Part shown: positions 50,732 to 60,188 of the stretch, piece by piece | Position numbering within the stretch: the stretch's first letter is position 1 | Layout: each line of letters starts with the position of its first letter | From: Kiritimatiellia bacterium | Lineage (GTDB): Bacteria > Verrucomicrobiota > Kiritimatiellia > RFP12 > UBA3636 | Assembly (NCBI GenBank): GCA_050942875.1 | Contig: JBMNOD010000001.1 | Coordinates: 16,597-80,596, forward strand | Direction of reading: 5' to 3' | Length of the DNA: 64,000 nucleotides | Program-made: the position numbers and the translations under genes | The notes under the pieces: model-generated | Database searches by the model: none | Told to the model about the DNA's origin: nothing | What the model saw: the letters and a program-made list of their open reading frames with translations, nothing else

Positions 50732-51532
50732 ATGAAAATCCTGTCCGTCGGCAACAGCTTCTCCAACAACGCCCACACATACCTCAATGAAATCGCGCAG
50801 GCCATGGAGGTCGATCTCGTGCTCTTCAACGCCTACATCGGCGGCTGCACGCTCGAACGCCACATGCTCCACGCCGACGCCTACGACAAAAACCGAAACG
50901 ACCCCGAAGGCAGCCCCTACCCCATCTCCAAAGGCTGCCATATCAGCCTGCGGCAAGCCCTCAAGCTGAAAAACTGGGATGTCGTCACCATCCAGCAAGC
51001 CTCCCACGAGAGCTTCAAACCCGAAAGCTACCACCCCCACGGGGATCGTCTGGTCGCCTGCATCCGCCGACACGCGCCAAAAGCCGAAATCGTCGTCCAC
51101 CAAACCTGGGCCTACCGAGAAGACCGTCCCTTCCTGGCCGAGAACAACCTCACCACCGACCGGATGTACAAGGAGCTGAACAAGGCCTACGCCGACTTCT
51201 GCGCCGAAAACGACTTCCGCATGATCCCCTCCGGCAACGCCTTCCAAACGGCGCGACGCTCCAGGAAATGGGGCAAGCCGATCTTCCCCAAACGCAAGGG
51301 CTGCACCGTCAAGCGCTCCCTGCATGGCGACGACGCCTTCCACGCCAACGCCAACGGCAACTACCTGCTCGGCTGCGTCTGGTTCGACTTCTTCTTCGGC
51401 ATCGACGCCCGCAAAATCACGTTCACACCCGAGGAGGTCGCCTCTGCCGACGCCAAGATCCTGCGCGAAATCGCCCATGCCGTCGTTCTCAAGAACCGTG
51501 CCGCCATGCGCACGGCGGAACGCACGTCATGA
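50732..51532 (+). CDS. DUF4886-like (SGNH-hydrolase-like) protein
   Basis: Real start MKILSVGNSFSNNAHTYL at ATG 50732, inside track ORF 50600..51532. Confidence 0.6.
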   Translation: MKILSVGNSFSNNAHTYLNEIAQAMEVDLVLFNAYIGGCTLERHMLHADAYDKNRNDPEGSPYPISKGCHISLRQALKLKNWDVVTIQQASHESFKPESYHPHGDRLVACIRRHAPKAEIVVHQTWAYREDRPFLAENNLTTDRMYKELNKAYADFCAENDFRMIPSGNAFQTARRSRKWGKPIFPKRKGCTVKRSLHGDDAFHANANGNYLLGCVWFDFFFGIDARKITFTPEEVASADAKILREIAHAVVLKNRAAMRTAERTS

Positions 51533-53625
51533 AAGCATTCGCCAGCGTCCTTGCCCTGCTCGCCGCCTTCACGCCGATGACGTCCGCATTGGCGGCGTTC
51601 CCGGAGTTCGCCGACATCCCGGATCATGAGAAAATGCCGCCAGGAGCGACCGTCGCCTTCGGCGAAGGCGCAGTGCTCGTCAACGGCAAACCGCGCTTTC
51701 TCATCGGCGCGACGTTCTTCCAGGACGCCGAACGCGACGCCGAAGTCCGCACCACGGGCTACCCGCAAAGCCTGTCCTGGATCTACGAGAGCCTGCCGGA
51801 CTACGCGGACGCCCAGCGTCTCGGGCTCGACGCCTTCGGCGCCACACCCGCCCGGACGTGGCGGCGTCGCTACCGTCCCAGGCCCGTGCCGCGCCGCAAC
51901 ATGAACATCCTCGGCCGTCCCCTGAACGCCGGCGTTCCCATCCTCGCCGAACTGGCGATCGAACCCGGCACCCACGCCTGGATGACGTACATGGAAGGCG
52001 TCAACCCGCCGGAAGGCGCCTGGTTCGACGGCATGGCGCACGGCATCCCGTACAGCGTCGCCCACGTGCACGGCACCGCGCTTTGGAAAAGAATCTGGAG
52101 CTCCGACGCCGCCTACTACCGTCAAAACGGCGTCACCCCCTTCGCCTGGCGCCTCTTCGCGGGCGCAGACTTCTTCGACACCGACCGGCGCAACACCACC
52201 GCCTTCACCCAATGGCTCAACGCGCGCTGGAAAACACCCGCCGAATTCAACAAAGGCCTCGGCGCCTCGTTCAGCTCATTCCCCGTCGCAGCGCGTGCCG
52301 AAAAAAACGCCTCGAACCTCGGCTTGACGGTCGAGTACGTCAAATTCCTCGAAGACCGCTTCGCCCTGCTCTGCACCCAGGCGGTGGAAATCGTCCGCAG
52401 CGCCACCGGCGACCCCGCGCCAGGCGTCTGCTTCCAGCCGCTGCGCGCCGACGGCAAAGGCATCGACATCCTGCAAGCCGCCGCCAACCACCCCATCCTC
52501 TGCGCGCCCGCCAACCAGACCCAGCCGCGCTATGTTGCACTCTACATGCAGGCCGTCGCACAGGGGCGCCCCGTCTTCTCGCCGCCCGTCCGCCCCGCCA
52601 TCGACGCCGAAACAACCCGCGCCGACATCCTCTCGCAATTCGCCCGCGGCTACGCGCTCTGCTACCTGGAGAAATGGCGCCGCCACCCGCGGGAATGGGT
52701 CAAGTACACGCGCGACGACGGCCCCACGCGCCTCGACGAAGCGGCCACCGAAGCGGCGGGCCGACAACACGCCGCCGAAAACCCCGCCAACTTCATGAAC
52801 CCCTACGCCGTCCCGCCCGAGGCGCTCCTCGGCATCCGGCTCGCCAAGCAGGACGCACTCAAGGCGGCCGAACTCTTCACGCTCGCCAACCGCACCAACG
52901 GCGCCCACGTCGCCCTGCTGCATTCGCGCCCGTCCGTGCGCCTCGCGCACGCACGCGGCGACCCCAAGCCCCTCGACACCCTCCCGCAATACGCCGACGC
53001 CCTCGTCTTTGCGCAGTTCAAGACGGCCCTCGTCCTCGAAGAACAGCTTGCCGACCAAGACCTCTCGCGCTACGCCGCCATCGTCGTCCCCGACGCCTGC
53101 CGCGCCTCGTATCCCGAAACCCCCGCCGCCCTTCGCCGCTACGCCGAACGCGGCGGACGCCTCGTCGTCGCCGCCGGCGCGCTCTCCCAAAACGAGCACG
53201 GCGCCAACGCCACCAACGCCCTCGCCCTGGCCTCCGCCCAAAACGAGCCTCGCACCCAGCCCCTCGGCGGCGGCAGGGTCACCACCCTGCCACCCGGCTT
53301 CGCGGCGACAAACCTCGTCGCCTCCCTCGGCGCACTGCTCGACGGCCTCGACGTCCCCCGCGCGTGGCGGGGTCTCGACCCCGCCACAGGACAGACGCTC
53401 GCCGGCATCGAAGGCACCCATGCCCGGGCGCCAGACGGACGCCATGGCCTGATCCTCTTCAACCGCACCGACGCGCCCTTGCCGGCGCTCGTCAGCATCA
53501 CCGGCATCGCATCGCCAAAGGCCACCGACCTCCGCACCGGCAGCCCCCTCCCCAGCCGCGACGGCAAAGTCGAAATCACCCTCGCCCCCAACCGCGGCGA
53601 GATGATCCTGATCACCGCCAACTGA
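51529..53625 (+). CDS. secreted hypothetical protein (698 aa), possible glycoside-hydrolase-like
   Basis: ATG 51529 overlaps the upstream stop (ATGA). Signal peptide MKAFASVLALLAAFTPMTSALA; no definitive catalytic motif recognised. Confidence 0.55.
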   Translation: MKAFASVLALLAAFTPMTSALAAFPEFADIPDHEKMPPGATVAFGEGAVLVNGKPRFLIGATFFQDAERDAEVRTTGYPQSLSWIYESLPDYADAQRLGLDAFGATPARTWRRRYRPRPVPRRNMNILGRPLNAGVPILAELAIEPGTHAWMTYMEGVNPPEGAWFDGMAHGIPYSVAHVHGTALWKRIWSSDAAYYRQNGVTPFAWRLFAGADFFDTDRRNTTAFTQWLNARWKTPAEFNKGLGASFSSFPVAARAEKNASNLGLTVEYVKFLEDRFALLCTQAVEIVRSATGDPAPGVCFQPLRADGKGIDILQAAANHPILCAPANQTQPRYVALYMQAVAQGRPVFSPPVRPAIDAETTRADILSQFARGYALCYLEKWRRHPREWVKYTRDDGPTRLDEAATEAAGRQHAAENPANFMNPYAVPPEALLGIRLAKQDALKAAELFTLANRTNGAHVALLHSRPSVRLAHARGDPKPLDTLPQYADALVFAQFKTALVLEEQLADQDLSRYAAIVVPDACRASYPETPAALRRYAERGGRLVVAAGALSQNEHGANATNALALASAQNEPRTQPLGGGRVTTLPPGFAATNLVASLGALLDGLDVPRAWRGLDPATGQTLAGIEGTHARAPDGRHGLILFNRTDAPLPALVSITGIASPKATDLRTGSPLPSRDGKVEITLAPNRGEMILITAN

Positions 53626-53867
53626 CCCGCAAGTCTCGCCGCAAATGTTTTCGTGGTCAGTCAGATTGGCCGGATCAGGCCGATCAGCATTTCCGTACAG
53701 CAAAGTGGACGCGGCGTCCTCGCCGCGTGTCGCCGCCTGCGCCCCAGTCTCCACCCTGCCACACGCCCTCTTTCATCATGGCCACGAAAAACAAAGACCA
53801 CACAAAAAAAATCTGTGCTTTCTATGCTTTCTATGGATAAAAACCGCCAAGGACGCCAAGCAACTCT

Positions 53868-53947
53868 GTAATTCTGTAATCCATAATTCGTAATTCCACC
53901 ACCCTCGCCCATCCACCTTCTTTTTGCGTTTTTCGTGGCCATTCCCC
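53868..53947 (+). repeat. 80-bp direct repeat, left copy, flanking the R-M island
   Basis: GTAATTCTGTAATCCATAATTCGTAATTCCACCACCCTCGCCCATCCACCTTCTTTTTGCGTTTTTCGTGGCCATTCCCC; near-identical copy at 56354..56433. Confidence 0.7.
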
Positions 53948-54278
53948 ACCCACCCATGCCACCCTTTCACAGTTCGACAAAGTTCGCGACAAAGCGACAA
54001 AGCTGTCCTCCGGCAAATCACAAATCACAAATCACAAATCTAAAATCACTGGCGACAGGCATCGACTGGACAACAGGGGCTTGAAACACAGCCCTCCGGC
54101 CCAAATTTCAAGTTTCAAGTTTCAAACAACACAGAGAACCACAAGAAAAAATCTGTGCTTTCTTGTGGTGGTTCATGCGTTTGACCCACATTCAGTTGAA
54201 TGCTATACTTTCCGTCAGTCTTTCATGCTTTAATACGGGTCATACGGGTCTTGCCCTTTACTCACGGAAACGACAGAC

Positions 54279-54929
54279 ATGCCAATCCTAAACCGTCCCT
54301 TCAAACGCGAAGAGCACGTTTACGAAAACGAGCAGTTTTCGGAAATGCTCAAAGACGCGGTTCGATTTTTTCACGGCACACCAGTCTTCAACATTCCGCC
54401 TCCCGAGAAGTTTTCCGGCGCCGGTGTCTACGCCTTGTACTGCCTTTCACGATCGGGCATGTACAGCAAGTTTGGCAATGAAATTAACCGCACGGCGTAT
54501 TCTGTGCCGATTTATGTCGGAAAAGCCGTGCCAAGAGGATGGCGGCAGAACAGGATGCTGGATAAACAAGAGTCTGGGAACGTTCTCTTTTCAAGGTTGT
54601 CCGAACATGCGTCAAGCATTCAAGCTGGCAAGGGGCTTTCCATCGATGATTTTGCCTGTCGGTTTGTCATTTTCGAAGGAGAGTCCGCCGGCATGATTGG
54701 CGCAGTGGAAGCTGCAATCATCCGCGAACACAATCCACTCTGGAACAGTGTCATTGATGGCTTTGGAAATCACGATCCCGGCTCCAAGCGAGTGACAGGG
54801 CGAATGACGCAATGGGATGCACTCCATCCGGGAAGAGCCTGGGCGGCTCGCATGGAAGGCGAGAAACCGGACGCAAAAGATTTGCTCCGCCGGGTGAAGG
54901 ATTACATGGTGGGGTTGCGATGCAGATGA
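54279..54929 (+). CDS. GIY-YIG type II restriction endonuclease (Eco29kI/Cfr42I/NgoMIII family, CCGCGG-type)
   Basis: 216 aa with GIY-YIG elements GVYALY ... IYVGKA, then Arg, His and Glu and an Asn (REHNPLWN) in the canonical order. Gene order (R upstream, overlapping M by 10 nt) matches the Eco29kI operon. Confidence 0.7.
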   Translation: MPILNRPFKREEHVYENEQFSEMLKDAVRFFHGTPVFNIPPPEKFSGAGVYALYCLSRSGMYSKFGNEINRTAYSVPIYVGKAVPRGWRQNRMLDKQESGNVLFSRLSEHASSIQAGKGLSIDDFACRFVIFEGESAGMIGAVEAAIIREHNPLWNSVIDGFGNHDPGSKRVTGRMTQWDALHPGRAWAARMEGEKPDAKDLLRRVKDYMVGLRCR

Positions 54930-56056
54930 TCGAGCTTTTCACGGGTTGTGGAGGTCTTGCGAAAGGTATGGAACGGGCAGGATTCTCGCATGTGGCTTTC
55001 GTTGAAAACAATTCACACGCCTGCGAAACCTTGAGGTTGAATTTTCCGCCGGAAATCGTGCATGAAGTTGACATCCGGTCTTTTGATTTCTCTCGATTCG
55101 GATCGGTGGAAGCCATCGCAGGGGGTCCTCCATGCCAGCCTTTCTCGCTTGGAGGCCTCGCCAAGGCGCATAAAGACCATCGCGACATGTTTCCCGAGGC
55201 TACGCGCGCCATAACCGAGCTTGCGCCCCGGGGCTTTATTTTTGAAAATGTCAAAGGGCTTTTGCGACAAAGTTTTTCTGAGTATTTCCAGTACATCATC
55301 CTCCGCCTGACATACCCTACCTTCCACAAGGCTGATGGTGAACACTGGAAAGAGCATCTAGCCAGGCTGCAGTCCCTTTCCTATCAGAACTATACGGGGT
55401 TGAAATACCAGGTTCAATACAAATTGCTCAATTCCGCCGATTACGGTGTGCCTCAAGTGCGGGAACGCGTATTCATCGTTGGCCTTCGCGACGATGTCGC
55501 AACCCCTTGGAACTGGCCAAAACCGACACATGCGCGAAGCAATTGGAAGACCATTCGCGAGGCCTTGGCGGGGTTGCCAGATCCACAGGACAGGCGCAAC
55601 ACGTTGTCCGACCATGTTTTTGTTCCAGGAGCGAAGCCTTATCCCGGTCATGTGGGCAGCCCCATTGATCGTCCAAGCAAGACGATTAAAGCCGGGGCGC
55701 ATGGCGTTCCGGGTGGCGAGAACATGATTCTTTTCGAAGATGGAACCGTGCGGTATTTTACTGTTCATGAAGCGAAAATCATACAGACTTTCCCAAGCGA
55801 CTACTCGATTTCCGGCCCCTGGACCGAGGCGATGCGTCAGATTGGAAACGCCGTTCCGGTCAGGCTTGCCGAGATTCTAGGACGACAGCTTTTCAAGATT
55901 CTGTCCGCATCAACAACGGATTCGGAACCTATTCGATATCGCTCCGATTCCTCTGGCAATCTCCTGCTTGTCGAACGCTCCCGTAAGCATGCGCGGGATG
56001 CCTTTTATTCACATTCCGAAGCATCAACAGCATCCGATGTTTGTTCCAGCTACTAA
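54920..56056 (+). CDS. DNA (cytosine-5)-methyltransferase
   Basis: Start MQMIELFTGCGG (motif I), GGPPCQPFS (motif IV PCQ), ENVKGL (VI), QVRERVFIVG (VIII), GNAVPV (X). Track ORF 54812..56056. Confidence 0.9.
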   Translation: MQMIELFTGCGGLAKGMERAGFSHVAFVENNSHACETLRLNFPPEIVHEVDIRSFDFSRFGSVEAIAGGPPCQPFSLGGLAKAHKDHRDMFPEATRAITELAPRGFIFENVKGLLRQSFSEYFQYIILRLTYPTFHKADGEHWKEHLARLQSLSYQNYTGLKYQVQYKLLNSADYGVPQVRERVFIVGLRDDVATPWNWPKPTHARSNWKTIREALAGLPDPQDRRNTLSDHVFVPGAKPYPGHVGSPIDRPSKTIKAGAHGVPGGENMILFEDGTVRYFTVHEAKIIQTFPSDYSISGPWTEAMRQIGNAVPVRLAEILGRQLFKILSASTTDSEPIRYRSDSSGNLLLVERSRKHARDAFYSHSEASTASDVCSSY

Positions 56057-56353
56057 CCCGGCCACAAATAGCGTTGCGCACGGAGATTGAGGCATGGGAT
56101 CTGGAATTTGGCGTTGGAAAAGGGGCACGGACATTCCTGTCCGTGTTCGTCCACGGGTTGGAAAACCCGTGCCCCTGATTTGCAGCATGAATTATGGCCG
56201 GGTTAGTAGTTGGCTGGCAGACTTCACATGTCTTGGCTGCTGGTTGTCAGGAATTCCTGCGTCGGGTTGTTTGCCAATTTGGATTCCTCAGGCGAATCTT
56301 GCCAATCTTGCAATCTTGTCTAAAAAACCACTCGGCGAAGCCGCCACAGCCAA

Positions 56354-56433
56354 GTAATTCTGTAATCCATAATTCGTAATTCACCACCCTCGCCCATCCA
56401 CCTTCTTTTTGCGTTTTTCGTGGCCATTCCCCC
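56354..56433 (+). repeat. 80-bp direct repeat, right copy, flanking the R-M island
   Basis: Matches 53868..53947 except for one indel (TTCCACC vs TTCACC). Confidence 0.7.
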
Positions 56434-56584
56434 AACTCGGCGAAGCCGCCACAGCGCCACACCCCAGCTTCCAGTTTCAAGTGTCAAGTTTCCAACCAAT
56501 ATGCTATTCTTTCACCCATGCAACCATGCAGGACTCTAGACCATGGTCCATGGACTCTCGAAGTTTTTCCCATCGCCCACCACC

Positions 56585-56796
56585 CTTCGTCTAGTGAGGA
56601 GTGAGAAGTGAGAAGAGCGCAGTTCAGGCTGGGGACACCCCAGACCCCGTTAGGATCTACGTTTCTGTATCTTTCTGTTGTCTTCTGTGGACAAAACTTT
56701 TACCCCCACCCACCCCTCCGGTCAAACCGGGGTCTGGGGCAGCGCCCCAGCGGAAACTTCTCTCTCCTCTCTACGCTCTCCTCACTAAAACCAACC
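56585..56796. repeat. foldback (long inverted-repeat) element related to the core of MITE copy 1
   Basis: Left arm GTGAGGAGTGAGAAGTGAGAAGAGCGCAGTTCAGGCTGGGGACACCCCAGACCCCGTT and complementary right arm ...CCGGGGTCTGGGGCAGCGCCCC...CTCTCCTCAC. The same arms occur at 34186..34245 and 34525..34583. Confidence 0.6.
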
Positions 56797-56835
56797 CCTA
56801 GCCGCTAGCCGCTCAATTCGACAACGTTTCACCAC

Positions 56836-58227
56836 ATGACGCCTAAAAACCTCCGAAACATCCCGCAGACCGGCCGCATCCTGGAGACCGACGCGTTCGC
56901 CGCGCTGGCGGCCGCGTTCGGACGCGACCGCGCCGCCCAGGCGGTTCGCGAGGCCATCGAGGCGGCGCGAACCGCCATCCTCGACTCGCCGGCCGATCTC
57001 CCCGCGCCCACGGCCGACGCGCTGCTCGACGCCGCGCGCCGCGCCTTGGCAGCCGACGACGCCCCGGGCATCAAGCCCGCCGTCAACGCCACCGGCATCC
57101 TCCTCCACACCGGCCTCGGACGCGCGCCCATGCCCCAGGCCGCCCGCGACGCGGTCGCCCGCTGCATGGGCTGCTGCAACCTCCAAATGGACATGGGCGA
57201 CGGCTCGCGCATCCACCGCGAACACGCCATCCGCGACCTGGTCCGCTCCCTCGTCGGCGCCGAAGACGTCGTCCTCGTCAACAACAACGCCGCCGCCACG
57301 CTGCTCGTCCTCGCCGCCCTCGCCCCCGGCCGCGAGGTCGTCGTGTCGCGCGGCGAGCTGATCGAAATCGGCGGCTCGTTCCGCCTCCCCGACATCATGG
57401 CGCAAAGCGGCGCCAAACTCCGCGAAGTGGGCACGACCAACAAGACCCACCTCAAGGACTACGAGCAGGCCATCGGCCCCGAGACGGCCCTGCTCATGAA
57501 AGTCCACAAGAGCAACTACGACATGGTCGGCTTCACGAAGGAAGTCGGCATCGCCGACATCGCCGCCGTCGGCCGCGCCCGCGGCGTCGCCGTGATCGAC
57601 GACCTCGGGTGCGGCGCGATGGTGCCGCTGGAACGCTTCGGACTCCCGCACGAAATGACGCTCGCCGAAAGCCTCGCCGCCGGCGCGGACCTCGTGCTGT
57701 CCAGCACGGACAAGCTCGTCGGCGGCCCCCAAGGCGGCCTCGTGGCCGGCAAGGCCGCGCTCGTCGCCAAAATCCGCCGGCACCCCCTCTACCGCGCCTT
57801 CCGCATCTGCAAAATGACGCTCGCCGCGCTCGAAGCCACGCTCCGGCTCTTCAAAAGCCCGGAGACGATCGCCGAAACGCATCCGCTCTACGCCATGCTC
57901 GCGAAGCGCCCCGACGCGCTCCGCGCCCAGGCCGACGCCCTCGCCGAGCAGCTCCGCCCCCTCCTCGCGCCGACGCCGGTGGACGTCGTCGCGCACGAGG
58001 CCTTCCTCGGCGGGGGCGCCGTGCCGGCGCAGCCCCTCCCCTCGTTCGCCGTCGCCATCGCGACGACCCGGGCCGACGCCCTCGCGCGCGCCTTGCGCGC
58101 CTGCCGCGTGCCGGTCTGCCCGCGCATCCACGACAACGCGGTCTTTCTCGACATGCGCACCGTCTCCGAAGCGGAGGCGGCGCACATCGTCGACGCCTTC
58201 CGCGAAATCTCCGGGGGCGCCTCATGA
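56836..58227 (+). CDS. selA: L-seryl-tRNA(Sec) selenium transferase
   Basis: 463 aa with SelA regions VNATGILLHTGLGRAP and PLP-lysine region STDKLVGGPQGG. Confidence 0.85.
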   Translation: MTPKNLRNIPQTGRILETDAFAALAAAFGRDRAAQAVREAIEAARTAILDSPADLPAPTADALLDAARRALAADDAPGIKPAVNATGILLHTGLGRAPMPQAARDAVARCMGCCNLQMDMGDGSRIHREHAIRDLVRSLVGAEDVVLVNNNAAATLLVLAALAPGREVVVSRGELIEIGGSFRLPDIMAQSGAKLREVGTTNKTHLKDYEQAIGPETALLMKVHKSNYDMVGFTKEVGIADIAAVGRARGVAVIDDLGCGAMVPLERFGLPHEMTLAESLAAGADLVLSSTDKLVGGPQGGLVAGKAALVAKIRRHPLYRAFRICKMTLAALEATLRLFKSPETIAETHPLYAMLAKRPDALRAQADALAEQLRPLLAPTPVDVVAHEAFLGGGAVPAQPLPSFAVAIATTRADALARALRACRVPVCPRIHDNAVFLDMRTVSEAEAAHIVDAFREISGGAS

Positions 58228-60188
58228 CCCCCGCCCCCGCCACGCCAACGCCCGCGCGCGGCGTCCGGCTCACGCTCGGCACCGCCGGCCACATCGACCA
58301 CGGCAAGACCTCCATCGTCCAGTCCCTCACCGGAACCTGGTGCGCGCGCCTGCCCGAAGAAAAGGCGCGCGGCATGACCATCGACGTCGGCTTCGCCGCC
58401 TGGGACGACGGCGAAGGCCTGAACATCGGCATCGTGGACGTCCCGGGCCACGAGCGCTTCATCCACAACATGGTCGCCGGCGCCAGCGGCATCGACGTGG
58501 CGATGCTCGTCGTGGCGGCGGACGACGGCGTCATGCCGCAAACGCTCGAACACGTCCAGATCCTCCGCATGCTCGGCGTCCGCAAGGGACTCGTCGTCCT
58601 CAACAAATGCGACCTCGCCGACGAGGCGCGCCAGGCGCAGGTCGTCGCCGACATCCGCGCCTGCGTCAAGGACACGTTCCTCGAGAACGCCGCGTGCGTC
58701 CCGTTCTCGGCCAGGACGAACGCCGGGCTCGACGCCCTGAAGGCCGCCTTGCGCAAGGTCGTCTCCGAAACGGCCGAGCGCGACGTCTCGGGTCCCTTCC
58801 TGCTCCATGTCGAACGGGCGTTCCAGCTCAAGGGCTTCGGCACCATCCTCTCGGGCATCCCGCGCTCGGGCAGCGTGAAAATCGGCGACGAAGTCGAAAT
58901 GCTGCCGGACGGCACGCGCCACCGCGTCCGCGGCATCCAGGTCTACGGGCGGGACGTCGAGCAGGGCTTCGCCGGCGAATGCGCGGCGCTGCGCCTCTCC
59001 GACCTCTCGCGCGACGCCGCCGCGCGCGGCAAGGTCGTCGCGCTGCCCGGCTACTTCGGCGCGCACCGCTTCCTCAACGCCCGCTTCCTCCACCTCCCGC
59101 AGAACCTCAAGGCGCTGGAGCCCCGCACCGCCATCATGCTCCACGTCGGCACGTCGGAAACGCCCGGCCACCTCGTCCTCCCCACGCTCGACAAGCTCGC
59201 CCCCGGCGCGGAGTCCTACGTCCAAATCCAGCTCGAACGCCCCGTCGTCGCCGCCCCCGGCGACTTCTACCTCGTCCGCCGCCGCTCCCCCGCCCAGACC
59301 CTTGGCGGCGGCACGCTGATCGACTGCTCCGACACCAAACTTCGCCGCGGGCGCGGCGACTGGGCCCGGGCGCGCGCCGAGGCCGAGGCCGCCGCCGGCG
59401 ACGACGCCGAGAAGATGCGCCTCGCCCTCGAAAAGGCCGGGAACGATCCCGTCCACCTCGACAACTGGGCCCGCCTCGCCTCGGTCGCCCCCGACGCCGC
59501 CCGCGCCGCCGCCGACGCCCTGGCCGCCGTCGGCAAGGCCATCGCGCTGCCGGGCCTGCGCTACGTCGCCCCCGCCGCCCTCGACGCCGCCCGCGCCGCC
59601 GTCGTCGCGCGCCTCGACTCCCTCCACGCCGCGAACCCGCTCCATCGCGGCTTCGACCGGAAGACCCTCTGCCAGGGCCTCCCCGGCTCCCGCCTCCTCC
59701 TCGACCGCGTCTTCGACGCGCTCCTCGCCGACGGCGATCTCGTCCGGGAAGCCGACCGCTTCTTCCTCAAGGCCCGCGAACCCGTCCTCGACAAGCGCCA
59801 GACCGCCCTCGCCGACAACATCGCCGGCCTCTTCGAAAGCGCGCGCTACGAAACGCCGCGCCCCGATTCCCTGCCCGCCCGCCTGCACATCACGCAGGCC
59901 GAAGCCGACGCCCTCCTCGTCAACCTCTGCCACCGCGGCGTCCTCGTGCGCCTCTCCGACGTCGTCCTGCTCCACGCCGCCTGGGTGGCGGAGTCCGAAC
60001 GCCGCCTCCGCGAGCATCTCGACGCCCATGGACGCATCGACGCCGGCGCCTTCAAGGACTTGCTCAAGACCTCGCGCAAGTTCGCCATCCCCCTTCTCGA
60101 ACACTGGGACGCCGCCGGCCTCACCCGCCGGACTGGCGATTTCCGAGTCCTCCGCCAACCCGCCAACCAAACCCCAAGCCAGCCATGA
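58224..60188 (+). CDS. selB: selenocysteine-specific translation elongation factor
   Basis: Start MTPAPATP at ATG 58224, overlapping the selA stop. GTPase motifs GHIDHGKTS, DVPGHERF and NKCD, followed by a long C-terminal winged-helix region; 654 aa. Confidence 0.88.
   Translation: MTPAPATPTPARGVRLTLGTAGHIDHGKTSIVQSLTGTWCARLPEEKARGMTIDVGFAAWDDGEGLNIGIVDVPGHERFIHNMVAGASGIDVAMLVVAADDGVMPQTLEHVQILRMLGVRKGLVVLNKCDLADEARQAQVVADIRACVKDTFLENAACVPFSARTNAGLDALKAALRKVVSETAERDVSGPFLLHVERAFQLKGFGTILSGIPRSGSVKIGDEVEMLPDGTRHRVRGIQVYGRDVEQGFAGECAALRLSDLSRDAAARGKVVALPGYFGAHRFLNARFLHLPQNLKALEPRTAIMLHVGTSETPGHLVLPTLDKLAPGAESYVQIQLERPVVAAPGDFYLVRRRSPAQTLGGGTLIDCSDTKLRRGRGDWARARAEAEAAAGDDAEKMRLALEKAGNDPVHLDNWARLASVAPDAARAAADALAAVGKAIALPGLRYVAPAALDAARAAVVARLDSLHAANPLHRGFDRKTLCQGLPGSRLLLDRVFDALLADGDLVREADRFFLKAREPVLDKRQTALADNIAGLFESARYETPRPDSLPARLHITQAEADALLVNLCHRGVLVRLSDVVLLHAAWVAESERRLREHLDAHGRIDAGAFKDLLKTSRKFAIPLLEHWDAAGLTRRTGDFRVLRQPANQTPSQP

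Noticed and set aside
56057-56835. tRNA-Sec (selC) or other tRNA adjacent to the sel operon
   Set aside because: No cloverleaf-like segment with a GTTCGA-type T-loop was recognisable by eye in the flanks of selA or after selD; the region is made of dispersed repeat modules instead. Needs tRNAscan to be sure.
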